Source of the DNA: an uncultured delta proteobacterium
Lineage (GTDB): Bacteria > Myxococcota_A > Polyangia > Polyangiales > B10-G4
Assembly: GCA_963727445.1 (NCBI GenBank)
Contig: CAVSGI010000012.1
Span: 1 to 64,000, forward strand
Reading direction: 5' to 3'
DNA length: 64,000 nucleotides
Position 1 is the first letter of the stretch. Each line of letters opens with the position of its first letter. The translations under genes and the position numbers were made by a program. Of this stretch, positions 31,128 to 41,075 are shown piece after piece. The notes beneath the pieces were generated by a model. The model was not told the origin of the DNA and searched no databases. It was given only the letters and a program-made list of their open reading frames with translations.

Positions 31128-32143
31128 CATTCGTGTTCGGATAAGCGGCTGCGACTGTCGAGAAGGTTAAGCAATTCCAATTGGTTGAGCCCTGCGCGCG
31201 CTCCGTGATCGAAAAGAGCCACCGCTTCTGATCTCCTACGGGTGTCTAAGTCCAAAGGAGGGAAGCGATGGCTCGCCGCAAGCCTAGCCACATTCATCGA
31301 GCGCTGACCAGCGTGTTGCCGCGTCGTCGGATCCGGGAGCTGTCTCGCCGGCTGGGAGTCGTTCGACGCCGGCGCAAGGTTGATATCGTGTCGCTGGTGT
31401 ACGGGTTGCACAACGCGCTCGAGCACTCGTATCCATCGGTGTTCACCCACTACATGAAGGCGTCCGCGAAGCTCGGCGTGGTGATGAATGTCGTCGGCCG
31501 CGGCGCGAAGACGATTGCCATCACGCACGGAAGCCGCCACGACAAGCACCTGCTTCAGGCTGGCGCGTGGATGCGAGGGCGCCTCTTGCTCTTCGACCTC
31601 GGCTTCTACCGCGCCTCGCTCTTCGAGCAGATCGACGCCCACGGCGGTTACTTCCTCACCCGGATGAAGAAGCAAGGCAACCCGGTGCTCGTGCGCAGTC
31701 ATCTGCGAGCGCATCGCCATCTCGTCGGAATGAAGCTCCGCGATGTCCAGCAGATCGTCGACACCGACGTCATCGATGTCGACGCCAAGATGGTGTAGCA
31801 GCGCCGTCATCGACACAGGCCGCTCGTCACGAACCACTACGCCTGTTTCCGCTGCGTCGCCCTGTACAACCACGAGCTCGACCAGTGGCATCGATACGTG
31901 ACGAATCTGCCGGCGGACCTCCTCGAGGCCCATTACTTCGCGGCCGTCTACGCCGCACGCTGGGAGGTGGAGTCGCCGACGATCTCCTCGCGCTCGTCCT
32001 GTCGCGCCGAGACCGCTCGGCGCGCGCACGACGCATCGAACACTTCCTGCGCGCCGAGGCCCAAGACCCCAACGCCGCGAGAATCCCTTTGCCCTACAGG
32101 ACTCAGACGGGCACCCATCCGTGGCCTTAGGCGATCACGAATG
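31128..32143 (+). mobile_element. Internally deleted IS4-family element
   Basis: TIRs CATTCGTGTTCGGATAAG and (reverse) CATTCGTGATCGCCTAAG; transposase remnants LFDLGFY and YAARWEVE with an internal stop at 31796..31798. Confidence 0.85.
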
Positions 32144-32198
32144 TAGGTATGATCTGTCGACTCGCGCTTCCGGCGGGAGTGGCGGGAGGCCGTTTGTG
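32144..32198 (+). repeat. 123-bp repeat family, right half, variant C; tail continues at 33610..33621
   Basis: TAGGTATGATCTGTCGAC…GGAGGCCGTTTGTG, then after IS110 CCATCTATCCAC. Confidence 0.85.
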
Positions 32199-32214
32199 AT
32201 GGCTTCTGTGAAGC

Positions 32215-32480
32215 GGCCACCCCGGTCAACAGGTTTGTCTGATTTTCGTTCTACGTCGTTGCACGTCTCCTTCGCCTCGGCTCGGGTTCGTCGTTTCGCT
32301 CATACGTGACGGGTTGTTCAGCCTTCTGTTCGCGCTCGACTGGGGCGGCATCGAGGCCGCGGCGCAGGGTGGGATTCGGTGGTGGTCGGCGCCATCTATC
32401 CATCGGCGTTCGACAGCAGCCAGCCAGCACATCGCGCTCGACCACCATAATCGGTTCCCTTCACGAAGAGCGGGTCATCG
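32215..32480 (-). ncRNA. Candidate bridge/seek RNA of the IS110 element; boundaries unknown
   Basis: Contains GCCATCTATCCA (32391..32402), equal to the reconstructed target, and CTTCTGT (32323..32329), equal to the element end. Confidence 0.6.
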
Positions 32481-32491
32481 TCGGTTGCGGG

Positions 32492-33523
32492 TCAGGCTGC
32501 AGCAGCCTCCTCACGGCTCGCTGTCGCCTCGAAGCGCGTCCCGTCTCGCCACATCGCGTACAAGATCCCCGCGAGCTTGCGCGCCAGCGCCACCGCCGCG
32601 ATCCGCTTGCCGCGGCGTGCGGCGATGCGCTCCGTCCAGTCGCGTAGCGCCTTCGTCTCCGGTCGTTTGTGACGCAAGATCCCCCAGGCCGCTTCGACGA
32701 GCAGCGACCTGAGACGGCGATTGCCGGTCTTCGTGATGTGGCCCCGCATCCGTTTTTCGCCAGAGCTCAGCTCGCGGGGCACCAGGCCGAGGTAGGCGCG
32801 CACTTGTGAGGCGTTGTGGAAGCGACCGATCTGGTCGACCACGGCGACGAAGGTCACCGCCGTCACCGGCCCGATGCTCGGCACGGTGCACAGGCGTTCG
32901 ACGGTCTCGTCGCCCTTGGCGAGCTCGGCGAGGCGCTTGTCGGCGTCGCGGATCTGCATGGTGAGCTGCTCGAGCATCGTGAGCAGCGGCGCGACCTCGA
33001 GCGCCAGGTGGGCGGGCAGTGACAGCTCCTCGATGCGCGCCGCGAAGGTCGCCGCTCCGCCGCTTCGTGGCGACAAGCCCTCGCGCCGCACAAGCGCTCG
33101 GGTGAGCGAGATGTACTTCGTTCGCGTGCGCACCAGCGCATCACGCACCGCGACCTGCGCTCGCCGATGACGGGCCGCGTCCGAGGCGCGGTGCGCTGGG
33201 CGGTACGCGCCGAGCCGGCAGGCGTCGCAGAGCGCCCGCGCATCGCGCCGGTCCGTCTTCACCTTGCGGCTTCGCGTGGCATACATCGGCGCGAAGTTCG
33301 GGTCCGCCACGATCACCTCATGGCCCAGCTCCTCGAGCCACCGCGCCACCCACTCGCTGTCCGTCGACGCCTCCATCAGGATCTTCGCCCGGGCGCGGTC
33401 CGCGAACACCTTCGCCAGCGCATCGCGCGTCGTCGCCACGCGCCGCTCCCGCAGCTCTCCCTCGCTCGTCTGGATGCAGACCTGACTTGTCTTCTTGTGA
33501 ACATCGATGCCAATGTGTTCCAC
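32492..33523 (-). CDS. IS110-family DEDD recombinase/transposase
   Basis: IGIDVHK, MEAS, KTDRRDA; C-terminal YLGLVP…SSGE…ALARKLA. Confidence 0.95.
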   Translation of the reverse strand: MEHIGIDVHKKTSQVCIQTSEGELRERRVATTRDALAKVFADRARAKILMEASTDSEWVARWLEELGHEVIVADPNFAPMYATRSRKVKTDRRDARALCDACRLGAYRPAHRASDAARHRRAQVAVRDALVRTRTKYISLTRALVRREGLSPRSGGAATFAARIEELSLPAHLALEVAPLLTMLEQLTMQIRDADKRLAELAKGDETVERLCTVPSIGPVTAVTFVAVVDQIGRFHNASQVRAYLGLVPRELSSGEKRMRGHITKTGNRRLRSLLVEAAWGILRHKRPETKALRDWTERIAARRGKRIAAVALARKLAGILYAMWRDGTRFEATASREEAAAA

Positions 33524-33629
33524 GGCTGGCCTCCACTCTGCGGCTCTTGACCGCGTTTACGGTTGTGGGGCTACGGCTACCACGTCAGTGGCGGCCAGCC
33601 GCTTACATCCCATCTATCCACCCTTTGGG

Positions 33630-35618
33630 ATGTACGATGAGCTCATGGGGGTTCGAAGCTCTGCCACTTGGGCAGCGATGATCGTGTTCTGCTGCCACGC
33701 GTGCGGCAGCGATACACCTCGGCCCGTCGACAGCTCCGCCCCACGTCCGGACACCAGCCCTGTGGATTCTGGTTCCATCGCATCGCCGTGTCAGGGGACG
33801 GTGGCTCCCTGCACGGGCTCTACCGTCGCGGAGTGTGAAGCGACCCTCGGTTGTCACTTCGGCTACTGTGAGGATCCAGATGGCCTCCGGCGATGCTCGC
33901 TTCGCGACTTGCTGGAGTGCAACATCCTCGGCTGCTACGTCGAAGGCGCAGTGTGCACCGGGTCCGCGGCGTCCTGCGACACCTTCGAGTCCCCGGACGA
34001 ATGCAGCGCGCAGGACTGCAGCTGGCGAACAGCCAGCGCGACAGGGACAGAGGAAATGTGTCTGGGAAGCGCCACTCCCTGCGCCGACCTCGACGCAGCC
34101 CGCTGCATGTCGCAGCCAGGGTGCGTTCCAACCGGTGATGCCGGTGCAGACGCCGCGATGGACGCGGGACCGGACTACACGATCATCGGCTTCGTCACGC
34201 CTGGCCTGGGTGCCTACGTAGAAGGCGTCGTGCGGGTGGAGCTCGCGGTGCGTGGGCCGGCCCCCGACCGCATTCAGCTCTTCATCGACCGAATCGCGGG
34301 CGCTATCGCCTCGCTGACCGAACCGTACACCTACGATCTGGACACCAGTCGTGACCCGGAAGGGCCCCTGGTGCTGTTGGCCCAAGCGATTCGTGCCGGC
34401 GAAGTCGTGGCCGAGGCCCGCCGAACGCTCACCGTCGACCGAACGTCCCCCACGGTCGTGACGTGGCCGAGTGAAGGCAACGTCTTCGACGGCATGAGGG
34501 TCGTGTTCTCCGAGGCGATGGCGAGCTCGACCCTGAATGCGTCGACGGTGGAGCTTCTCGTGGACGGCTCACCACATCCGATTGACGTCTCGCCCTCGGA
34601 CACCTTCGTCGACCTCCTGCCCACGGCCGACATCGAGGTCCTACCCACGACAGCGACGATCCAGCTCTCGGACGCGGTCACGGATCTCGCCGGTCATTCG
34701 CTGGGACTTCAGTCATCGGACATCGACTTCCCTCGGTGGGTCTCCATCTCCGATCTCACCTTCGCGGCCGGGGGTACAATCCTCGACATCGTAGAGGGCA
34801 GCGGCGGTCGCCTCCTCGTTCTCTATGAAGTTTCGGACGCGACCTACGTGGCGAGATGGTCCGGACGGACCTGGGCCGCCCGGGTCGCCGGGCCCATCGG
34901 TTACACCGCCGGCACCATCCAAGGTCGCGTTCGGGAGCTCCCGAGCGGGGAGTTCGTGGTCGCGCTGCGAGACTCGTCCAACGTGGACGTCTATCGCATC
35001 TTGGGGTTCCCCGCTTCTCGCATGGGGAGCTTCACCAGCTACGGCTCCATCGACTTGGAGGTCGATGGAACCGACGTCTATCTGGCTCGGAACACGGGCG
35101 TGGCCGTTTTCGTCGACCGGTACCGGGGCGGGACGTTCGGCATGGTGGACACCATCCGTCCCGCCGGCTCAGTCAGCTCCTTCGACTTGGTTGCGTCGTC
35201 GGGCCGGGCCTTCGTTCTCTACCGCGACAGTGACGGCGTCTGTGGTCAGGCGCGGGTGGACTTCACGCCGACCCTCGGACCACCCCTCGCAACCGGTTGC
35301 ACGCTCCTCGCCGCCACGGTGGGAGGCGACGCAAACATCTACGCCGCAACCACCATCGGGTCCACGTCCACGATCCACCGGATCGCCGGCGGGGACTTCC
35401 TCGAGGCGGCCACGGATTCTTTCGACCCGCCCATCGCGGTTCTGAGACCAGCAACGACTGGCTGGATAGCGAAGTCAGGCGGCACGCTTCCCGGCGTCTA
35501 TCGGGGCGATTCGACGCTTCTCTACGAAGGTCCGAGCATGAGTGGAAGGTTCCTCACACCAGGTGACACGCCACATCTGCTCAGTGGCGACGTGCTCTAC
35601 CGAATCAACGCGCTGTAA
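33630..35618 (+). CDS. Lipoprotein with Cys-rich repeats, Ig-like domains and beta-rich C-terminus
   Basis: CCHACGS lipobox-like motif; TVDRTSPTV, VVFSEAM, VTDLAGHSL Ig motifs. Confidence 0.75.
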   Translation: MYDELMGVRSSATWAAMIVFCCHACGSDTPRPVDSSAPRPDTSPVDSGSIASPCQGTVAPCTGSTVAECEATLGCHFGYCEDPDGLRRCSLRDLLECNILGCYVEGAVCTGSAASCDTFESPDECSAQDCSWRTASATGTEEMCLGSATPCADLDAARCMSQPGCVPTGDAGADAAMDAGPDYTIIGFVTPGLGAYVEGVVRVELAVRGPAPDRIQLFIDRIAGAIASLTEPYTYDLDTSRDPEGPLVLLAQAIRAGEVVAEARRTLTVDRTSPTVVTWPSEGNVFDGMRVVFSEAMASSTLNASTVELLVDGSPHPIDVSPSDTFVDLLPTADIEVLPTTATIQLSDAVTDLAGHSLGLQSSDIDFPRWVSISDLTFAAGGTILDIVEGSGGRLLVLYEVSDATYVARWSGRTWAARVAGPIGYTAGTIQGRVRELPSGEFVVALRDSSNVDVYRILGFPASRMGSFTSYGSIDLEVDGTDVYLARNTGVAVFVDRYRGGTFGMVDTIRPAGSVSSFDLVASSGRAFVLYRDSDGVCGQARVDFTPTLGPPLATGCTLLAATVGGDANIYAATTIGSTSTIHRIAGGDFLEAATDSFDPPIAVLRPATTGWIAKSGGTLPGVYRGDSTLLYEGPSMSGRFLTPGDTPHLLSGDVLYRINAL

Positions 35619-35732
35619 CGCCGCCTAAACCCTTCTGGCACTCCTTCTTCGCGCTCGCTGCCCTGGCGGTGGGGACTACGCGACGTCCTCTGAGTAGAGG
35701 GCGTCTTGAACGAGGCGCTGAGCCATCCGCGG

Positions 35733-36131
35733 TCAATCGATCGAGAGGAGCACGCCGTGCTCCCAGTGCTCGCGGCGGGCGTGTCCATGGGTACGGCGGG
35801 TGTCGTCGTAGACGTGCAGCGTGTGGAGGGCGTGCTTCTTGCCGTCTCGGTAGGGGCCGCGGTCGGTGATGCGACCATCTGGGGAGGCTTGTTGGAGCTC
35901 GATGGCGCCCACCACATACCAGAGGAAGAGCTCGAGGTGGCAACCGCACGTCTTGCACCGATAGAGGAGGAGGACGCCTTCGTGCACCACGTAGTTCCGG
36001 ACGACCGCGTCGCGGAGGCCTTCCGCTTGCCCGAGCGGCTCCAGGGCGCCGTGCCGCTTCACGAAGTCGCCGACGGGATAGTCGTTGGAAGGGTAGTGAT
36101 CGTGTGCCCACTGGCCGACGTCTTCGAACAT
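35733..36131 (-). CDS. Hypothetical protein with CxxC
   Basis: MFEDVGQWAH…LYRCKTCG. Confidence 0.5.
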   Translation of the reverse strand: MFEDVGQWAHDHYPSNDYPVGDFVKRHGALEPLGQAEGLRDAVVRNYVVHEGVLLLYRCKTCGCHLELFLWYVVGAIELQQASPDGRITDRGPYRDGKKHALHTLHVYDDTRRTHGHARREHWEHGVLLSID

Positions 36132-36238
36132 CCGTCCGACAGGCGGCGCAGGGCTCGGGAAGGAGCGATTGGAGCGGCTCCGACACGAAGAGAGGGTGAC
36201 GCGAGTGCGCACGGAGGTCGAGGGTGTAGGCGGGAGCC

Positions 36239-36298
36239 CCGGTTTCCAGCCTCCGCGGAAGCCAACCGCCTCCCCGCATGCCCGAGTTTCCGAGAAGG
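36239..36298 (+). repeat. 123-bp repeat family, diverged left half (copy 10)
   Basis: CCGGTTTCCAGCCTCCGCGGAAGCCAAC…CCCGAGTTTCCGAGAAGG. Confidence 0.85.
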
Positions 36299-36345
36299 CA
36301 CTCGAACCGCGAAGGTAGACTTCGCCCATCCGCTCTCCTCACCGA

Positions 36346-36759
36346 GTGGTCCTCACCGCTCTCGCCCTGCTCGTCCTGATCGCTTGCGGAGACGACGACG
36401 ACGCGCCGCCCTCCAGTCCCACGCCACCGTCCGCCGCGCAGGAGCCGACCTCCGCGGCGGCCGATCCCGGCCAGGCCGCGCCGCTCCCGGTCGTGGAGCT
36501 CCTGCACGCGGTCCCTTCCGCGGTCTCGGTTTCGTCGGCGTACCACGACGACGTCGCGCAAGCCCGGAAGCTCGTCGACGGCGACATGTCGACGGCGTGG
36601 AACTCGCGTACCGGAGACCTCGTTGGCGCATACATCGACGTACGGATACCGGAGAGTGCGACGGTCTCGTCGTTCGAGATCACCGCAGGCTTCACCCGAG
36701 AGGGAGGCGCCACCGATCTCTTCACCGGCAATCACCGCGTGAAGATGCAGCCGGCGTAG
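36346..36759 (+). CDS. Lipoprotein with truncated discoidin-like domain
   Basis: LVLIACGDDD; LVDGDMSTAWNS. Confidence 0.6.
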   Translation: MVLTALALLVLIACGDDDDAPPSSPTPPSAAQEPTSAAADPGQAAPLPVVELLHAVPSAVSVSSAYHDDVAQARKLVDGDMSTAWNSRTGDLVGAYIDVRIPESATVSSFEITAGFTREGGATDLFTGNHRVKMQPA

Positions 36760-36778
36760 TCGAGCTCTGCGGCACAGG

Positions 36779-37633
36779 TCACGGCACCCCATCCGTGTCC
36801 GCCGTCGGCGCAGGCGGGCGCTGCTCGACGATGAACGTATCGCCCCAGAACGCGAGCGGAAGGCCGACGGCGAGGGACAACACGTGTAGGGCGATCCCGA
36901 CGCCGATGACGGACTGCCAGACGGTGTCATCCGTGTCGATGAGCTCAGCGGCTCCGACTGGAACGAGAGCGGCGCCCCCGATCCCTCCGATGAGCGAGAC
37001 GAGGGCACCTACCCATCGGGTCGTCGAGCGGTCGGTCCATCGAACCATGACGTCGGTCTGCCCGCTCACGTGGAGCGACGCCTGCTCGGGTTGCCAGATG
37101 TTGCCGCCCGTCGAAACCCCCAGCTCATAGCTCCCGGCCTGCATGGGCACGTTGCAAGGCACTGTGCACAGGCGGTCGTAGATCGGGATGTGCTCTTCCC
37201 AGACCTCGGCATGCCCACCCGACGCACGAACGTTGAGAAGGCGTCCTGTCGCCACGACGTGATGGATGTCGAGCCCATCGCGCTCGCTTTCGAAGTGGAC
37301 AGGATGGGATGGAGCAGTGGCAGGAACGGGTGGTGACACCGCTACCGGCCCCGGTGGGGCAGATGGTTCAGACGCTGCCGTCGGCGACCTGCTCGGCGCG
37401 CTTTCGGCGGGTCCGGCATAGGCGACATCCGCGGCATCGACCCGTCGCTCCTCGCCCGACGGCAACACGATGAGCACGTGACTCTCAGGAACGTACTCGG
37501 AGATCGTGCCGCGCAGCATGCCGCCGTTCGTCAGCTGCACGATGTCTGGTGGCCCCTGGGCATGCGCCGAGGCGCTCATCGCGAAGAACGCGCTTGCGAG
37601 AATCAGGGGGCTCGCAAAGGACGTCGACGTCAC
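36779..37633 (-). CDS. Secreted/membrane protein
   Basis: Signal peptide AHA; DIVQLTNGGMLRGTI; CTVPC; two C-terminal TM helices. Confidence 0.8.
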   Translation of the reverse strand: MTSTSFASPLILASAFFAMSASAHAQGPPDIVQLTNGGMLRGTISEYVPESHVLIVLPSGEERRVDAADVAYAGPAESAPSRSPTAASEPSAPPGPVAVSPPVPATAPSHPVHFESERDGLDIHHVVATGRLLNVRASGGHAEVWEEHIPIYDRLCTVPCNVPMQAGSYELGVSTGGNIWQPEQASLHVSGQTDVMVRWTDRSTTRWVGALVSLIGGIGGAALVPVGAAELIDTDDTVWQSVIGVGIALHVLSLAVGLPLAFWGDTFIVEQRPPAPTADTDGVP

Positions 37634-38430
37634 GCCTCATTCCTCATCCGCCATCCACCACCTGCTGAGAGACTATAACCGCGCATCCCCCTCCCTTGGC
37701 CTGCCGACCGCGACGCCCCGAAGATTGAGCCAGGCGGCCCAATCTCGCGTACACGCGGAGAATTATCTTGACGCTGCGAAGACTCGGCCCCGTGCCAGTG
37801 AGGAACTGAACCGCCCCACTCGCACGAATCAGCCCTACGTTGAAGGCAACCGTGGATACGCGCGTCACTTTTCGGCGACTCCTGCCCTTCCGCCGCCTCA
37901 GCCTGCATACCTCCCTCACTCCGAGGAAGGTTCGGGAAGTGCTGGCGGACTCCACCGGATGGGGGGATCCGTTCGACGGTGGGGCGGCCCGGCGTGGAAA
38001 GGAGACGTTGAGGACGAGGGCTTCGTGCTGCAGCGCCGCTTCGGCCAGGGAGTCGTCCTGCGGGGAGCGATTCGAGGCGCGCGCGGCAGCTCCGCCGTGG
38101 ATGTCCTGTTCAGGCCACAACTCTTCGAGCTCTTGTTCATGACGCGCGGTTGCTCGGTGCTTCCATCGGGCGTGATTCGTTCGCGCCGAACGGGCGAAAG
38201 CTCCTCGAACTGGGCGCGGCCACGTACCCGCAGAACCGTAACCGTTCAGGCCCCCTGTTGAGCGCGCGGCCTTCGCGTGCGACTCGTCGCGCATGACGAC
38301 GACACACGACGAACTGGGCAACTGTGGGAGAGTAGAGGGCTCGCGTCCCTCGTGTCACCTCCACGCGCGTGGACAGGCCGGGCCCACCCGGGGTTGAGCG
38401 GCGACTCGGGCCGGCGTACGTTCGATCACG

Positions 38431-39003
38431 ATGCTCTGTAAGCGTCTTTCCCTCGCCCTTGTCCTCTCGTGCGCGGCGTCCTGCTCACGCTTGGATCTGC
38501 CGAATCCGTCGGTGGTGCGGGACAGCACGGGAGTGGAGTTCGGCTGGAGCTGCGAAGACAGCACGCTCTGCGACATCACCTCCGGGCCTGCTGCGGACGA
38601 CGCTACGACGTGCAGCACCGGAGCTTTCTGGGGGCGGTTTTGGGGAAGGTTCTACTCCGTTTGCGCGGCCTGCCCGACGGGCGTCGGCTCGAGCTGGGGG
38701 GCGGGGGCCGGCGCCTGCCGGCCGCTCGCCTGCGCGGCCGATGCGGACTGTCCCGAGATCATCAGTGACGAGGCCACGAACATCTACGAGTGTTTCGAAG
38801 GTCTCTGTCAGAACGAGGACATCGAACGATTCCCTCGTGACGCGCTGACACGGTCCGACGCCGAGCTGCTGTGTTTTGCGGACGTGCCTCGAAGCGAGAC
38901 GACCTCCATCAGCTCGCCTGCTGTCCGAACGCGCGAAGACGCGCTCGCCAGCCAGTGCCCCGACATCGACGCGAGCTGCGACCTTCCGCCCGAGTGCATG
39001 TGA
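38431..39003 (+). CDS. Cys-rich lipoprotein
   Basis: LALVLSCAASC; many Cys. Confidence 0.75.
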   Translation: MLCKRLSLALVLSCAASCSRLDLPNPSVVRDSTGVEFGWSCEDSTLCDITSGPAADDATTCSTGAFWGRFWGRFYSVCAACPTGVGSSWGAGAGACRPLACAADADCPEIISDEATNIYECFEGLCQNEDIERFPRDALTRSDAELLCFADVPRSETTSISSPAVRTREDALASQCPDIDASCDLPPECM

Positions 39004-39024
39004 CGAGAGAACAGGCAGTCCGCG

Positions 39025-39464
39025 TGCCGATTTCACACTCGATATCTTCACTCTCGGCTGCGCTGACGATGGTGGGGCTGCTGTCCGCGTGTGGTCAGAC
39101 GAACGAAGCCGAACCGCCGAGCGAGCCGCCGGCGGCGGTGGTCGCGCCCATCCCTCCGCCTACCACGGAAGCCGCGCCGGAGGCGCCCGAGCCACCCGAG
39201 CCCGAGCTTTCCGAGCCAGCGCTCCCCGAGCCCGAGCCCGAGCCCGAGCCGGAGCCCGAGCCCGAGCCACCACCCGCGGCCGAAAACGACGGCACCATGG
39301 CCACCTCAGCCGCCATGCGACCTCGCCGGCGCCGCGCGATCATGGCTGCGGCCCAGCCAGCGCCAGAGCACGCGCACGAGTACGATCCCTGGACCGATCC
39401 CGATTATTGCGGAACGCCAGGGTGTACGCCGCCTGGCCACGGTGAGCAGAGCATCGACCCGTGA
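39025..39464 (+). CDS. Lipoprotein with Pro-Glu repeat; start uncertain
   Basis: GLLSAC, (PE)n tract. Confidence 0.65.
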
Positions 39465-39491
39465 GCCTCTACTTCGGGCGTATCCCCAACC

Positions 39492-39899
39492 TCATTCGGG
39501 CGCCCCGCACACGAGCCACGACAGCAGCGCGGCGCGCTCGTCGCTCGCGAGCGGCGCCGCTTCGGCGGGCGGCATGCGGCAGGAGTAGACCTGGGTCAGC
39601 ATCGAGCCACGCTGCGCGTAGACGCTGTCGTAGGTGCTGAAGTCGTGGCGCGCCTGTTCGGCGCCGCCCGGCCCGTGACACTCCCAGCACCGCGCCTCGA
39701 TGATCGCGGCGACGTCGTCCGTGTACGTCGGTGCCGGCGAGGGGCAGTCGGCGGGCAGATCGTTGGGGCACGCGCCCCCATCCACCATGCCGTCGTCATC
39801 TCCGCAGCCGAGGGCGAACGCGAGGACGACGGCGCTCAGGGCACGTCGACGAAGAACGCGGCGTGCCCGTGGGGGGAGTCTTCGGGGATGTCGGAGCAT
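39492..39899 (-). CDS. Small c-type cytochrome lipoprotein; start probably near 39840
   Basis: LAFALGC, CWECH, distal RMPP. Confidence 0.75.
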   Translation of the reverse strand: MLRHPRRLPPRARRVLRRRALSAVVLAFALGCGDDDGMVDGGACPNDLPADCPSPAPTYTDDVAAIIEARCWECHGPGGAEQARHDFSTYDSVYAQRGSMLTQVYSCRMPPAEAAPLASDERAALLSWLVCGAPE

Positions 39900-40464
39900 T
39901 CGTCGTTGAAGTGGAAGCGTACCGTCCAGCGCCCCGACGCGTCGAACTGAACGGGCCCGACCGTATAGCTCCCAGGCGAGGTCTCCGTCGCCACCACGTC
40001 GGTGTTCGGTGCCGGATGCGTCTCGTCGAGGAAGATCTCGAGCTCGGGATGGGAGTTCATGAGCGGACCGCCGCCGTCCTTGTGGGTCGCGGTCACCATG
40101 AAGGTGACGTCGGTACCCTGGCAGATCGGGGATGACGACCAGCTGACGTGGTACTTGCAGTCGTCGTCATCGCCTTCGGTGCCGTACATGGTCGGCCCGT
40201 ATTCGTCCTCTTCGGCGCCCGCATCCCCGGCGCCCGCATCACCCGCGTCCGCGCCCGCATCGGCGCTGGCGTCGGGCGGGGTGTAGTCGCAGGACATGGC
40301 GCTTGTCGGCTGCACCATGCTTCCGCAGTGCATGTCGGCTGCGCCCATCACCGGCCCCCCGGCGACCTCGCACATCATCGAGCCGCCGTCGTCGCCGCAG
40401 GCGCTCGCGAAGGGCAACAATGTGGCAACGAAGGCGAGTGAGCAAAGCGAGGAGGCGTTCATGA
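39836..40464 (-). CDS. YtkA-like lipoprotein
   Basis: FASAC; DDCKYHV…GRWTVRFH…PHGHAAFFVDVP. Confidence 0.7.
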
Positions 40465-40558
40465 TGGGCAGAACGTACCACCCAGCCCGCCTCGAATCGA
40501 TGCGGCGAATCGTCGCAGCAGGCATGCGAATTTCCGCAGCTGCGTTACACTCATCGTC

Positions 40559-41050
40559 GTGGTGCATCATCTTGACTTTCGGGGCGTGGCAATCGTCGCG
40601 TCGCTTCTGACCCTCGCCACCGCGTGTGGGAGCGACGACACCGCTCCACCAGTCATGAACGACGCGGCGATGGAGTGCACGGGGGATCCGCGCGCTGACA
40701 TGTACGCGGCCAACATGGAAAAGGTCGGCGAATCCGGCCTGTTCACGTTTCGGCTCGTCTCGAGCGACCCCGCCCCTCCAGTCAAGGGGACCAATGGTTG
40801 GACGCTCGAGATCCTCGACGACGGCGGCATGCCCGTCGACGGAATGACGATCGACGTCACGCCCTACATGCCCGATCACGGCCACGGCACCTCGATCGTT
40901 CCGCAGATCACCGACATGGGAGATGGCGAATACTCGGTGACGCCTCTCTACCTCTTCATGGGCGGGATCTGGGAGGTCACGATCGACGCCACGAGTAGCG
41001 ACGGCGCATCGACCGATTCTGCAGTCTTCACGTTCTGTATTCGTTCATGA
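40559..41050 (+). CDS. YtkA/FixH-like lipoprotein
   Basis: LATAC; PYMPDHGHG, GEYSV, FMGGIWEVTI. Confidence 0.8.
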   Translation: MVHHLDFRGVAIVASLLTLATACGSDDTAPPVMNDAAMECTGDPRADMYAANMEKVGESGLFTFRLVSSDPAPPVKGTNGWTLEILDDGGMPVDGMTIDVTPYMPDHGHGTSIVPQITDMGDGEYSVTPLYLFMGGIWEVTIDATSSDGASTDSAVFTFCIRS

Positions 41051-41075
41051 CGCGCACGGCGCTGCCGGCCTGCTC

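Larger units (their letters stand above)
32199..33609 (-). mobile_element. IS110-family (IS1111-like) element inserted in the repeat tail; ends +/- a few bp
   Basis: Sub-terminal imperfect IR TGTGAAGCGGC / TGTAAGCGGC; ~290-bp non-coding region downstream of the transposase; no TSD. Confidence 0.85.

Noticed and set aside
39190..39270. GAGCCC tandem repeat
   Set aside because: Ordinary coding Pro-Glu linker.
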